Shown here one piece after another: positions 1 to 14,057 of a stretch of DNA of 64,000 nt. Each line of letters begins with the position of its first letter. The stretch's first letter is position 1. A program made the position numbers and the translations under genes. This DNA is from Eledone cirrhosa. Lineage: Eukaryota. The notes under the pieces are model-generated. The model ran no database searches, was not told the origin of the DNA, and saw only the letters and a list, made by a program, of their open reading frames with translations. The DNA lies in NCBI GenBank assembly GCA_964016885.1, contig OZ024743.1, positions 21,452,001 to 21,516,000 of the forward strand. The letters run 5' to 3'.

Positions 1-626
1 CTACAAATCTTAGGTTCATAGGTTTCCCACTATCATTGTTCATTTCATCTACCACTAAGTTTTGGATATCAACCAAATCTTGTCCTAGCCCGTCAGCATT
101 CATTTCCTCAATTGCCGTATCTTTGTTCCAGGTATTATTTATTTCAGCATTCAGATCATTGTCTGCTTCGGATGGTTCCTCCGTTCTCTCAACCTCTTCA
201 CCTTCATTTCCCACTGGCTCGTTTGCCTGGCATACTCCACTCTCCATTTCCAATATAATCTCTCTGCTCAGTTCCTCCAGTTCCAGCTCCAGTTCCACCC
301 ATTAGTTCTTATTACCCGAGCCTGCCCGGCCAATTTTTGTTCATCTAATTTAAATAGACCAATCTCGTTCCAGATGTTATGCATCCGTTTCCTATAGCCT
401 TTTTCCTTGGGGTTACCTTCAGGTAACATTGCATAACAGCTCTATTCAATTCTTTCGTCCAGTTGGTTCTGGTCCCTTTCCTTCTTCCTCTTCCTCCAAC
501 ACCAGCAGTATTTGGATGACAGCCAGGTCCTTGCTGCTGGGCCAGGGAGCACCGGCTGGGTGAAAGTCTGTCACATGACATTCCAGTCTCCACTTCACAG
601 TTATTCGAACTGTTTAGGTTCGACAT
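1..626 (-). mobile_element. 5' portion of a Dong/R4-like non-LTR retrotransposon ORF (frameshifted), running off the window start
   Basis: Minus strand across a frameshift reads RTNWTKELNRAVMQCYLK...KGYRKRMHNIWNEIGLFKLDEQKLAGQARVIRTNGW, resembling the N-terminal motif of R4/Dong-clade ORFs (recalled, not searched). Confidence 0.6.
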
Positions 627-639
627 TTAAGCACTCATA

Positions 640-1005
640 TTGAGGATTGGTTCAAATCCCACTGAGGTCAACTTTGCCTTTCATCCTTCCAAGGTCGATA
701 AAATAAAGTACCAATTAAGTGCTGGCGTCGATATAATCAACTTTGCCCTTTCTCCATATTGCTCGCCTTGTGCCAATGTTAGAAATCAACATCATCATCA
801 TTATGTTAGATTGGCAGTATCGGTAGAGTGTCAGATGCCATGCTTTTCAGCATAGAGTTACAACCTTTTACGATCTGTGTTCAAATCCCGCCAAGGTTAA
901 CTTTGCCTTTCATCCTTACGGGGTCGATAAAATAAAGTACCAGTAATGCACTGGGATAATTGCTGGCCTTGTGCCAAAAGTAGAAACAATTATTATTAGT
1001 AGTAA
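640..1005 (+). mobile_element. Two tandem copies of an abundant tRNA-derived SINE (family A)
   Basis: B-box-like GTTCAAATCC, core GGTYAACTTTGCCTTTCATCC..GGGGTCGATAAAATAAAGTACCAG and short simple-repeat tails; many more copies across the window. Confidence 0.8.
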
Positions 1006-1226
1006 TAGTATTGTGTAAAAAGATTTTTCTTTGGATATTTTTAACAGGTATCCTTACTAAGGTATGCTGTTTACCTCAATACCTGGGGTGGACAAAAAGG
1101 TCTGTTTTTAGACATTTATTTCCATGTAATTTCATCTCTTTTTAATATTACTAGTAAAAAAAAAGATAGACGGTAAAAATAATTTCTTATTTGCCAGCAC
1201 TGCTACCAACAACTAGACTTTGAACA

Positions 1227-1450
1227 TTAACCCTTTAGCATTTAAACTGGCCATATCCGGCCAGAACTCTCTCACCTCTTTCAGTTCAAACTGGCGATAA
1301 CTGGCCGCTCATTCTGATGTTAGGGTATTGTTCTTAAAATAAATAATATCAAAATCTCATAGATTCAATATTATGTGAGATAATTATGTGAGGTAAAGCT
1401 TTTACCACAAAAATATACTAGTAAATATAGAGTAATGTAGATGCTTTTAA
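1227..1450. mobile_element. piggyBac-like MITE (family 1), right end degraded
   Basis: Starts TTAA-CCCTTTAGCATTT; internal sequence shared with copies at 38901, 53407 and 54566. Confidence 0.6.
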
Positions 1451-1676
1451 ACATCCTTTGAATTTTACTTCTTTCCCATATCATGCCAAGTGTCCATCTG
1501 ACAACTGAGCAAAATTTGGTAATACACACATTTTACAATTGTCATACAAATGATGCCATAACGGCATAAACAACAGTAAATATCTCTGCAGTAAATTGAT
1601 AATGCCCTTCTCTATTTACTCAGCTTTCAGAACTGTTTCAAGGAGATGTTATGATCTAATGGAATGGTCATGTCAA

Positions 1677-1902
1677 TTAACCCATTAGTTACCAATCTGG
1701 CCAAAACTGGCTCTAGCTCTTTAGAATAAAACCATCCATTTTAAAGATTTTCAATTTAAATTGGAATCTTCCAACATAATTTTATATATGAACCTTACAT
1801 TAAGTTATTATCTTAGTAATGAAATAATTAATAATTTTAGTAAATCCCTCACTACTTAAAATAGAATGTATTTCATTAGGAATGCAGTCATGAAAGGGTT
1901 AA
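1677..1902. mobile_element. piggyBac-like MITE (family 2)
   Basis: TTAA-CCCATTAG...TGAAAGGG-TTAA: CCC/GGG termini flanked by TTAA. Confidence 0.5.
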
Positions 1903-2024
1903 GAAGCATGTTTTCTTCACAATTATATCAGGGCTGTTGGCCCTGATTGTTCTGTTTGTGTTCACAGGGAAACTCAATAGGATTATCACATTCTCGCCTT
2001 ATGTTACTGCATCTGGTCCCCCTA

Positions 2025-5000
2025 ACAGTCCCCCTTTACTGTTAGCGGGGGATTGTATGGGTGTAGCTGATAGGAGCGGGGTGGGGTGGGGGGGGGTGCA
2101 AAAGCCTCGAGCACCTAATCAGCCAGTTCCAACTGTCTGACAGGTATCCACTAGATTTCCCCAATGCGCCAGTGTGGACGTGGACCAACCGCATAGGGTC
2201 ATCTAGATCGTATATAGACAGGATCTTCATTAGGAAAATAGATAGAAATAGTGTAGGCTGTCCACTTTTTAAAACAGGTGACTTTTCAGATCACAAATTT
2301 ATGCACTGTATAATCGACCTAGATAAAACGCCTAGGTTGGGACCAGGTTACTGGAAGCTGAACATGTCATTTCCGGCACGTAAGGCATTATAGGGACTGA
2401 GTCAACAATTTAGTTAAGCAAAAGTTGACAGGGGGGATCATCAACAACAGATGGTGGGGGGCTCTCAAACGAGAGATTAGAGTAACTTCAATAGAGTTCA
2501 GCAAAGAACTAGCGTTAGAGAAAAATAGAAAGGAGGGGGAGCTGGTAGATAAGTTAGATGAGGCTATTTGTAGTGGCCTTGCAACTGACGTGCTAGCATT
2601 AGACTATTTCTTCAATGCGAAACACAAAGGTTGCATTGTCAGACCTAAGGTGTGTGTGCTGAGAAACGAGGGAACCAAAGCTGTTTGATGGGCCCGTGTG
2701 GTGGAGGTGCAGCGTGGGAATAAAACCACAATTCAGTCTTTGGCGGACCGAGACGGACATGAGATAAGCAATTCCAAGCGGATCTCTGAGGCCTTTCACC
2801 AGCACTTTGCTCAGTTGTTCGGGGAGAGTGGCGGGTCAGAGACAGTAGCGGATTTCAGTCCCTACCTTGACGGCTTGATGCGCATCTCGATGGTCGACGC
2901 TGAGCACTGTGAAAGGCCGATTACTTCAGCCAAAATTCAGGATGCTCTTGTCCACTGCATGAGGCACAAGTCACCCGGTTTGGATGGCCTGCCCTACGAG
3001 CTTTACGTAAATATGCCAGACTTGTTCTCCGATCTCCTCGAAGCACTCTACTGCAACTGGCAGCAGAATGGGAGTATTCCCAGTTCTGTGAGCAGGGGAG
3101 TGGTGATGCTGATAAGGAAAGACGAGAACAAGAGGGATACATTAGACAACTTCAGGCCCATAATTCTGCTCAACACAGAGTTTAAGATTTTGGCTAAGGT
3201 GTTAGCAAAGAGATTGGCACTTGTCGTCGAGGATTTGGTTGGGGAGGCGCAAACTTGCGCAATCCCAGCCAGGTCCATACACGACAGCCTCCACCTCATG
3301 TGATACATCATAGAGAGGGTAGGGTGTAAACCTGGCTTCGGTGGGGCACTGATCAATTTAGATCAATTGAAAGCATTCGATTGGGTCAACCATCGGTATC
3401 TAGAGGCTGTCCTCAAAGCAGCTGGCTTTGGTCCTCTCTTAGGAAGCTGGATCACTGCAATGCACAGCGGCACCTGCTCGGTGGTCAAGGTTAATGGCCA
3501 CCTCTTGGAACCATTTCGGCTCTGCCGATCGGTCCATTAAGGGTGCCCTCTCTCCTCCCTTCTGTACATATTGACTCTCGAGCCTTTACTGCAGAAGCTG
3601 GAGCTGTTGCAGGGCATCCTGCTCGAACCGGGACGTAGAAAGTCTGTGTCGGCTTATGGGGACGACATCACCGTGATGGTGTCAGACACCTTAGAAATGG
3701 AGGAGGTCGGCACCTTATTGAAGGAATATGAAAGGTTGACAGGAGCCAAACTTAACCCGGAAAAGTCGGTGGGCTTGCAGCTTGGCACCTGGAGAAGCAA
3801 GTCCATGCTGTCCAACAGGGTCGTGGGGTGCTGGACGGATGGACCGGTAAAGTTGCTCGGGGTTTGGTTCGGACCAGACCTCCAGGTGGAAAAGAATTGG
3901 GACGAGGTGACAAGCAGGGTAGCCAGTCTCACCCCAAAATGGGTTGCTATCACATCGCGTCCATCATCTACTACCGCCTGACCGTTATGCCTTGCCCATA
4001 TCTGCGCCTCGCCAAGTTGGAACGGCTCCTCTTCAAATTCTTGTGGAGAGGACAAGTCCCGTTGGTGAGGCGGTCCATCTGCTGCCAACACCCTCTACAT
4101 GGAGGGCTGGGCATGCCATGGATAATGATGCGTAGACATGCACTGAGGTTGCGACACCTCCAGATATTCTGCCTAAACGGTGAACAGGTGAGGTCGCCAT
4201 TTATCAGATGGGCCTTTCCGCAGCTCGTTTCTTTGACTGAGCTGCAGTCCTGGGTCAAGAAGAGACCAAGACTGGGTGACTGGCACCTGGAATATTGCCA
4301 GGCACTCACTGTCCTCTACGAAGCGGGCAATGCGATCAGCAGAACTTCCATTCTCGAGTTCTATAGAGGATTAGTGGTAGGCAAGTGCGATGACGCACTC
4401 GGAGAAGCTTTAGGCCTCAACGAAGGCGAACTGACCAGTCTGTTCCGGAGGACTTTCAAACCGTGGACGATGGACAATTTCCAGAAATCCCTCACTTGAC
4501 AGTGCTACCGGGGGGGCACTGCTGGTTTGGGATAAACTCTACAGGCACGGAAGTGCTGTCAGACGGACCTACCCGAGATGCGCACAGAGCGATGAAACCA
4601 TTCTGCACACACTTGTCCAATGTCCGTGCATTACTGACTTGTGTAGTTATGTCGAACAGCTATTGTCGCACGTGGAACGGATCCGGCCATCGGCCGAGTC
4701 CCTAGTGAAGATCAACCCGCCGCCTTTCTTTGGCCAGGAAGAGCAGGCAATTTTCCTCTGTCTGGTGGCAGTAGCGAAAGAGGTTATATGGTGGACTAGA
4801 TTAAAAGGACTGAAGACAGACACTTTTCTCTTCGGCCAATCCCTCATCAACTTCTTCAAGTTTCACCTGGAAAGGAAGGTGAAGGTGAAGAGAGAAGTGC
4901 TGCTGCCCCAGTACATTTGCTAAAAGGTGGATGAATGTGGCGAGAATGGTCCGTGTGAATGGGCCTACTCTGACCATGCGCCTATAGGCCAACTAATTTG

Positions 5001-5280
5001 AGGAGGAGAGGGGTGCTCTCCCGGGTGCCCTAGAAGCGCAAGGTGGTTCAGGATTGGTGGGGTACCTGAGTCACCCCTGAGTCGTCCACCCCCCTATAGG
5101 GGAATTTATTTTGTTATATTTATGCATAGTATATTTTAAATTTTTATATCTTCACTGTTAAATTAGTCTTGCCATTGTGCACTTTTACTCGACCTTATTG
5201 TAAACCCCCACTGTCCCTGTCTTTGTATTGTCCCCTACATGTCAGCCCTTGTGACCAATAAATGAAATCATTATTATTAT
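2025..5280 (+). mobile_element. 5'-truncated L1/Tx1-clade LINE, ORF2 pseudogene (APE endonuclease end, RT, C-terminal Cys/His region)
   Basis: Broken ORFs: WTW..SRSYIDRIF..SDH..GPGYWKLN (APE end); KSPGLDGLPYE, NFRPIILLNTEFKILAKVLAKRL, AYGDD (RT); GGLGMP; 3' end AATAAATGAAATC(ATT)n; several stops and frameshifts. Confidence 0.9.
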
Positions 5281-5816
5281 CTGTTACTGTTATTATTAAT
5301 AGAATTATTATTATACTTAATCATAAAGTGGTAGATTGGCAGTCATCAGAATGTCGTACAAAATGCTTTGGAGAATTTAGTTACAACCCTTTATGCACTG
5401 AATTCAAATCCTGCAGAGGTCAACTTTGCCTTTCATCCTTCCAAGGTTGATAAAATAAAATACTAGTAATGTACTGGGATCAATGTGATTGACTTCCCTT
5501 TACAAGAATTGTTGGCTTTATGCCTAAATTAGAAAAATTTATTATGCTTGAACCAAGACACAGAGGAGCAATGTATGAAAACTCAAATTATTCCACTGTC
5601 AAACTTATCAGATATCTTTAAATTTGAAGGGTTCACCATATTGAGGAAATATGAGGTGGTGGTAACTAGAGCATGCATTAGACAAGATAGGACAGTGAGT
5701 TTGCAACAAATAGCCTTCTGCTTATTTTAGTTATTTTTATTCTAAGATTTGAAATCTCCATTTATTTTCAATATTATTTGGAGTAATGAATTTTTTTGTC
5801 TTATCTTTTAAAACAG

Positions 5817-5924
5817 GTTTACAATGATTTCTAAAAAACCATATGATGCCATATCAGCCACACAAACTGACAATAATCGTTTTAACTGGCTAAGCGAATT
5901 GCCAGAAACCTGTAAACTATCAAG
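5817..5924 (+). CDS. TBK1: TBK1/IKK-epsilon-like kinase, internal exon (end of kinase domain)
   Basis: cag|G...AG|gtaaat; FTMISKKPYDAISATQTDNNRFNWLSELPETCKLS resembles TBK1 [36 protein letters not shown]; phase 2-2. Confidence 0.8.
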
Positions 5925-6807
5925 GTAAATTTTAGTTGTAATATTTCTATTCTGTTTTTATATAAATGAAATGCAATAACAAAATGAATGTTAAGAACCT
6001 TTTATGTAATAAAATGGTACTGACTTGAAAGGATGGATAAGTAGCCATATATCCAGGAGTTCTTTGCACACTTGTGACAACAATGCAGCTTGTTGTTCAG
6101 CATGGTCTTCTTTGGGTTGATATCTGTAAGAATAATGTGTATAGGGAAGTAGTGTCAGATATATTACTGCCTTTCTTGGTAGTTATTATTAGAGATTGAG
6201 TTTGTTGGGGTAGGGTGAGACACAGTTGGTGTAAGAGAACTAGAGATAGGTACATGAAGTTGTTGTTTTGCCCACAGGTCAGTCCTTATAGGTTTTATAA
6301 TCAGAAACAATACAACTGTGACTATCCCATTGTTTTTGTCTATGTAGAACTAGTGAGTACTTATTTAAGATTGCTGGGTAGGGTTTGTGGGGAATTTGAC
6401 TGCTGTTTCTAGCGGGTCAAGCAGACACATAGAGGTACTCTCATAATACACCAATTAGTTTAATATGATTCCTAGTACTTGGGTGATTTTAGAGTTCATT
6501 CTGTTATAAACATTCAGACCAGGTATCCAATGTGAAGACAAACCAAGTGTCATGAATTTTTTTCTCTTTCTCCTAGAAGTTTCAGAGGTCCTCCTCCTTC
6601 TCCACCTCAAAAACAAAATCATAAACACTGCACTCCCTTGTCTGTACAGTAACAAAGCTGATAAGACTTTGTCTAGGTTCCCATTTACTCCCATTTTAAT
6701 CTCTTATTTCATCAACCATATATGGTATGAATCATGTATTTTCATTTACAATTCCTTTAAAAATCTAAAACTGTTGCATCTTTTTATGGAATCAATTATA
6801 TTTTCAG

Positions 6808-6984
6808 TACTATGAAGGAACAATTTGAAAAGATCATCAGACTTTTGCTTACAAGATCCAATAATAGTTTGTCTATTAAGAACTACCTTGACACAGTTGA
6901 TGCCATTTTGAAAATGAAAGCTGTATATTTATTCCAACCATCTTATGGAAAATTACACACATATTACTTGAAAGAAGACCAAAA
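6808..6984 (+). CDS. TBK1: TBK1/IKK-epsilon-like kinase exon (kinase C-lobe end and start of ubiquitin-like domain)
   Basis: tttcag|T...AA|gtaaat; TMKEQFEKIIRLLL...YLDTVDAILKMKAVYLFQPSYGKLHTYYLKEDQ, in phase with neighbouring exons. Confidence 0.8.
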
Positions 6985-8199
6985 GTAAATATTTTTGTCT
7001 CTTAATTTGTTGTTATTTAGACCCAAGGTAAATCCTAATAATTTCAAATCATCTTTTGACCAAAGGCACTTCAAACCTGACAAAGCCATCTTTTTCATGT
7101 AATAAGTTAATATATTTCTTTACTTTGATAACAACATATACCCGGTACATATTATTATCAACCATCAAGAGCTGAAATACGTAATCAATTAACTAAAGCT
7201 GGAATTAAATTGAAAAAGATTAGGGAATCAACTACATAATATACTGTGATACATGCTAGAAATTGTACATATTGTAGAGTAGTGGCAAATTCCTGGTATG
7301 CCAATTTTAATTCCCACCAGCTGTGATATCTAGTCTTAGTTAATATGCAAGAGAGAGAGAAATGGGATTCATAAAACTGATTTTCTGCTTGTCTGATCCC
7401 AACATTATCATCATCATCATCATTATATCTTCATTTCCTTGTTAGATGAATCTTCACAGAATGAATCAGTACTCAAGTAGGGCTACTGACCTCTCAGATA
7501 GGTTTGGGCCTGCATGTCACTTACAAACTATTCTGCACTCTTCCAAGTGCATTTGATCATGACATCAGCACTAGGGAGGTTGTTATGTCTTTGACACAGA
7601 TAAAGATTACTTCTGACTCTTTGTTCAGTGAGTTTTTTATATCTAGATGTCTTCCTTATCACCAACCACTTTACAGAGTGTACTGGTTACACTTATCATG
7701 TAGATCACCAATACTAGTGAGTATTTATGATTCCATAACTCCTGGGAGGGTTGTAGGGCACTGTATTGACATACAACAGATTCTTGGGCATTAGTTTTTA
7801 AAACCTGGTCTCTCTGAGTCAAAATACAGCAGATTTCTTCCAGAAAGGGATAGAGATAGAGAGTGAGAGAATGAAAGTGAGAAAGAGATATAGAGGAAGA
7901 ATCGACTCCAGTACTATACTGATATTTTTTATCAACCTTAAATGGATGAAGGGCAGGATTTGAACTCAGAGAGCAGAAAACTGGAACAAATAGTGCAAAG
8001 CATTTTATCTGACATTCTAACAACTCAGCCAATTCGCCATCTACAAAACTAGGAAGGTCACATGTAAATAAAATAATGTAAGACATCAATAATACAAATC
8101 AATGATACAAATTTTAAAACATATTAATGATTACATACTATTACACACACTATAACTTAAAATATGTGATTATAACATACTACTACTAAGATAACAAAC

Positions 8200-8510
8200 T
8201 ATAATTAATTGTTTCTACTTTTGGCACAAGGCCAGCAATTATCCCAGTGTATTACTGGTACTTTATTTCATCGACTCCGTAAGGATGAAAGGCAAAGGTA
8301 ACCTTGATGGGATTTGAACTATAATTAATTGTTTCTACTTTTGGCACAAGGCCAGCAATTATCCCAGTGTATTACTGGTACTTTATTTTATCGACCCCGT
8401 AAGGATGAAAGGCAAAGTTAACCTCAACGTTATTTGAACTCAGTCCGTAAAGGGACGTAACTGTGCTGCAAAGCATGGCGTCTGACCCTCTACCAATACT
8501 GCCAATCCCA
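8200..8510 (-). mobile_element. SINE family A with tandemly duplicated 3' part (about 120-bp duplication)
   Basis: ATAATTAATTGTTTCTACTTTTGGCACAAGGCC...GGCAAAG occurs at 8201 and 8321. Confidence 0.75.
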
Positions 8511-8749
8511 ATGTTGTGTTAGTATAATATGACAGATATTATGATAAAAGAATGTATTACTAGAATATGGAATGTATGAAGAAGAAACAGTTGTCTGACC
8601 TGCCTGTCTAACCCATGCAAGCATGGAAAATACATATAAAGTAGTGATGATAATGTTGATGATATTTGACTAAGTTACAAAAGCTTTAAAATGGAAAGAG
8701 CTCTAGTATAATTGATTAGGAACCAAATTAGCCTAGATGTGATTTACAT

Positions 8750-10410
8750 TGACTTTATGCCAGGAAGGGTTATGACCAATACCATTTTCCTAGTGAGAGA
8801 CAACTGCATGAAAAATACTTAGCTATACCTAGTGTTGAATAACTTGGTAGGAGAAATACTTAGCTATACATAGTGTTGAATAACTTGGTAGGAGAAATAC
8901 TTAGCTATACATAGTGTTGAATAACTTGGTAGGAGAAATACTTAGCTATACATAGTGTTAAATAACTTGGTAGGAGAAATACTTAGCTATACATAGTGTT
9001 GAATAACTTGGTAGGAGAAATACTTAGCTATACATAGTGTTGAATAACTTGGTAGGAGAAATACTTAGCTATACCTAGTGTTGAATAACTTGGTAGGAGA
9101 AATACTTAGCTATACATAGTGTTGAATAACTTGGTAGGAGAAATACTTAGCTATACATAGTGTTGAATAACTTGGTAGGAGAAATACTTAGCTATACCTA
9201 GTGTTGAATAACTTGGTAGGAGAAATACTTAGCTATACATAGTGTTGAATAACTTGGTAGGAGAAATACTTAGCTATACATAGTGTTGAATAACTTGGTA
9301 GGAGAAATACTTAGCTATACATAGTGTTAAATAACTTGGTAGGAGAAATACTTAGCTATACATAGTGTTTAATAACTTGGTAGGAGAAATACTTAGCTAT
9401 ACATAGTGTTGAATAACTTGGTAGGAGAAATACTTAGCTATACATAGTGTTGAATAACTTGGTAAGAGAAATACTTAGCTATACATAGTGTTAAATAACT
9501 TGGTAGGAGAAATACTTAGCTATACATAGTGTTGAATAACTTGGTAGGAGAAATACTTAGCTATACATAGTGTTGAATAACTTGGTAGGAGAAATACTTA
9601 GCTATACATAGTGTTGAATAACTTGGTAGGAGAAATACTTAGCTATACATAGTGTTAAATAACTTGGTAGGAGAAATACTTAGCTATACATAGTGTTAAA
9701 TAACTTGGTAGGAGAAATACTTAGCTATACATAGTGTTGAATAACTTGGTAGGAGAAATACTTAGCTATACATAGTGTTGAATAACTTGGTAGGAGAAAT
9801 ACTTAGCTATACATAGTGTTGAATAACTTGGTAGGAGAAATACTTAGCTATACATAGTGTTAAATAACTTGGTAGGAGAAATACTTAGCTATACATAGTG
9901 TTAAATAACTTGGTAGGAGAAATACTTAGCTATACATAGTGTTGAATAACTTGGTAGGAGAAATACTTAGCTATACATAGTGTTGAATAACTTGGTAGGA
10001 GAAATACTTAGCTATACATAGTGTTAAATAACTTGGTAGGAGAAATACTTAGCTATACATAGTGTTAAATAACTTGGTAGGAGAAATACTTAGCTATACC
10101 TAGCATTGAATGATCTGGAGAAAGTCTTTGGCAAGAATCCCTGCTATCTACTCTGATGGTTACTAAGTAAATTAGGAATAGATGAATGACTTGTGAGAGC
10201 TGTACAAGCTATGTACAGAAGTGCATCCAGCAAGGTGGGAATCAACAATGAGTTTAATGGTAAAATTAGAATGCAGGTATGGGGCTACCAGGGATCACTT
10301 TTCCGTCCCCTCCTAATTATGATAGTCCCCAGTCATGAGTGGTCTAAGACTGGCTGTTCATGAGAATTCCTATATGTTTGTAAGGCGTAGGAGGCCAGCT
10401 AAAAGTAGTT
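8750..10410 (+). mobile_element. Degenerate RTE LINE RT fragment hosting a minisatellite
   Basis: Flanks of the array match the RT region of the RTE at 21206-22834 (FGFVPGRSTTD..QEKYLA / DLEKAFDRVP..QGSVLSPLL equivalents), heavily mutated. Confidence 0.7.
8812..10105. repeat. 41-bp minisatellite, about 31 copies
   Basis: Unit GAAATACTTAGCTATACATAGTGTTGAATAACTTGGTAGGA repeated head to tail with only point variants. Confidence 0.97.
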
Positions 10411-10862
10411 GATAGATTTTGCTACCTTTTCTCAGGATTTGATTGGTATTTTATTTATCAATTTCAGAAAACTGAAAGGCAAAGTTGATCTTGAAAGGGA
10501 TTTGATCTCAAAACAGAAAGCTGTATCAAATAGTACTAAGCATTCTATCTAATGTTCTAATAATTCTGCCAATATGCTGCATTATTTCTAAATTCTACCA
10601 TCCAATTTACATTTAACATCTTCACTTTTATGTCCATTTTGCCATGCTGGCATGGGCTAGATGAGAATTTTGAGGCAGTGTTTTACAGCTGGGTGCCCTT
10701 CAAGATACTAACCTACAATATTTTTTTCTTTTTTGCACACCTAACCACTAAGCTGCTGGATTCTATCTATGATAATCTAAAAAAAAAAAAAAAAAAAAAA
10801 TTTCTATTCCATTTGATTTTACAATTCATTTATTTATGTATGTATTTATTTTCTGTTTATAG

Positions 10863-11062
10863 AATGCCACATCTGAGAGACAAAATTGCTAAGGAATGCA
10901 ATATTCGATCAGACAAACAAATGATATTTTTCAATTATATTGAAATAACAGATGATTCCACTCAAATGTCATATTTTTCATCCAACACCAAAAAACTACC
11001 TTTAATTTTCATTGAAAAGAGCACGGACAACATGAAACCATATAACTGTGATTATATATGGG
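10863..11062 (+). CDS. TBK1: TBK1/IKK-epsilon-like kinase exon (ubiquitin-like domain)
   Basis: tttatag|A...G|gtaagt; MPHLRDKIAKECNIRSDKQMIFFNYIEI...SNTKKLPLIFIEK resembles TBK1 ULD (ELVYKQTKIISSNQELIY...KTTEENPIFVV). Confidence 0.8.
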
Positions 11063-11784
11063 GTAAGTTACTCATTTCCATTGTTACGTTTTAAAATTAT
11101 TAATTTCCTTTAAGTAGGCATACTTTGCATATTTATATTTGAGGATCTATATACAAATTACTATTGCTTCATCAATTGGCAGTCAATTTGGCAGAGTTAT
11201 TGGAGCAGTGGATATTTGTTCTGGGTCTCAGCATTCTGCGTTCAAATCCTGCAGAGGTCAACTTGCCTTTTATCCTTTCAGAGTTGATAAAGAAAGTACC
11301 AGTCCAGTGTTAATGAAGCTCTCTTTCCCTCTAGGTATCACATCTGGGATGTTCCACTGGACAAAATGTGAGAGGGTCGAGACAGTGTTTGTGTCTTCTT
11401 GCAACTACATAGGTACCTAAAACACTTAACAAAAGCATGTTACACACTACCAAATCATACTCGATTGTTAGTAATAACATTAGTTTTATTACTTCATCAA
11501 TCCTAAAGAGGTGGCAAAGAAAGTCAACCAATATGATTATATTCAGAGCTGACCACTGCCTTGTGTATGAATTTGGTAGACAGAAACTGTGAGGAAGCCT
11601 ATCGTATATATATATAAAGGGAAAAGACCATTCAAACAATACAACGGGAGGAAATATAATAGTACCACTGATGATGTCACAGATGTGTGATGAAAGAATT
11701 GTATTTTTAACCATTGGTCAAGCAATGATAAACATTGATTGCCAGATAAATTAACTATGGAGATATAATATATATATATATGAT

Positions 11785-12539
11785 GATCATCATCATCGTT
11801 TAACGTCCATCTTCCATGCTAGCATGGGTCTGGACGGGAATTGTCCCACTTGAGGCAAGATTGGTTGTCTTGCTCAAGACTGTCTGGCAGGTTTTCTATG
11901 GCTGGATGCCCTTCCTAACACCAACCACGTTTACAGTGTGGACTGGGAGGTTTTTACCATGTTACCTACACGGCCACATTACAGCGTGGACTGTGTGTTT
12001 TTTTTTTTGTCGTGATACCTACACAACCTCATTTATTTAGGACTGGATGTTGTGGTACCAACATAACTTTACATCGAAAGGCGTGGTGTAGATGGGGGTG
12101 GGGTAGGGGTAGTGAGATGGGGGTGTATTTTTGGTTAGGAGGTGCCTACTGACTGTAGGTTTTGCTTTGTATTTAGGCAAGGTGGGTCTTCTGTATTACT
12201 GCGTAGCACCAAAGATCTCAGTCCAGTGACATTGTCTTGGAGAGGTGTAAGTGTGTGAGGTCGGAATTTATCAAGTCGTCCCAGGTTTTTCTGGGTCTGC
12301 CTACTTCGTAGCTACCGTCTATTTTGATCGCCCTGCACTTTTTATACAGCTGTCGTCTTTCATGCGCATCATGTGACCATACCAACGTAGTCTTCTCTCG
12401 AGTAAACAGCATCTGATCCCTCTTATTCCTAATTTCTCACTTAGTTCATTTATGCTTTGCCGTTCGCGTATATTACTACTACACATCCAACAGAGCATGC
12501 AAGCTTCGTTCCTCTCCAGTCTGCGTAGATCCTCTGCAC

Positions 12540-12540
<1 letters not shown>
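11785..12540 (-). mobile_element. RTE LINE 3' fragment (ORF end, 3' UTR, (GAT)n tail)
   Basis: [18 protein letters not shown]...[11 protein letters not shown]...GRPRKTW on the minus strand; abuts the long (TA)n. Confidence 0.85.
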
Positions 12541-13165
<625 letters not shown>

Positions 13166-13167
13166 AT

Positions 13168-13510
13168 GGAGGCACATGGCTTAGTGGTTAGAGCATTGGT
13201 CTTGCAATCGAAAGGTTGTGAGTTCAATTCTCAGACCGGGTGATGTGTTTTTTCCTTGAGCAAGACACTTTATTTCACATTGCTCCAGTTTACACAGCTG
13301 TAGAAATGAGATGATACGGACTGGGGTCCCTATCATTCCACTGCAAAGTGGTCGTGGAGGTGCCACGGCAAAAAAGCACCCAGCACTCACTGTAAATGAG
13401 GTTGGTGTTAGGAAGGGCATCCAGCTGTAGAAATCAAGCCAGAATCAGTTCCCGTCCCACCCTTGCAAGCAGGGAAAAATGGACGTAAAATGATGATGAT
13501 GATGATGATA
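13168..13510 (+). mobile_element. tRNA-derived SINE (family B) with RTE-derived 3' tail
   Basis: A box TGGCTTAGTGG, B box GTTCAATTC, central CCTTGAGCAAGACACTT, 3' half matching the RTE 3' UTR at 22875-23140, (GAT)n tail. Confidence 0.85.
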
Positions 13511-14057
13511 TATATATAACCAAAATTAAATTAAGGGTTGTCATGTCTGAGAGACATACGCCATATCCATTCACATATCCATTCACATATTAATTTAATT
13601 TTGTATATATATACGGCCCCTTAACTGTAGAGCTAACTCAGTTGAATGGACTCGGCTGTTATTTCTAGCTGTCGATAATCCTATTCATGCCACTGGGATG
13701 ACGCTGTGCGATGTGTGTATTTTTAAAAAATGCAACACGTGGTTCGAGTCATTCACAGATTTGCATTTGGTTTGTAAACGCAGATAGTTATTTTCTTCAC
13801 CTTCGGTGACCATCCAGAATTTAACTGCTGTGATTTACTGATTAATTGGTGAAATATATTTTTTACTTAAAGAAATATATACAAAGGAGATTAATCATTT
13901 TAAAAGGTATCTATATTTGAAGCTCTAGTTAAACTTTAATTGGTTACCTACCTAGCTATGTGTGCTTACATTCTTTACAAATTATTCCCTGTGATTGTTC
14001 CATATGTTTATTTTATATATATATATGTCAATCTATTTCTAGTTGATATATATATAT

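Noticed and set aside
8812-10105. CRISPR-like array (41-bp period)
   Set aside because: Units are contiguous with no unique spacers, there are no cas genes, and the context is a eukaryotic intron
13172-13242. tRNA gene
   Set aside because: tRNA-like A/B boxes continue into a SINE body and RTE tail, in three copies; this is a SINE head
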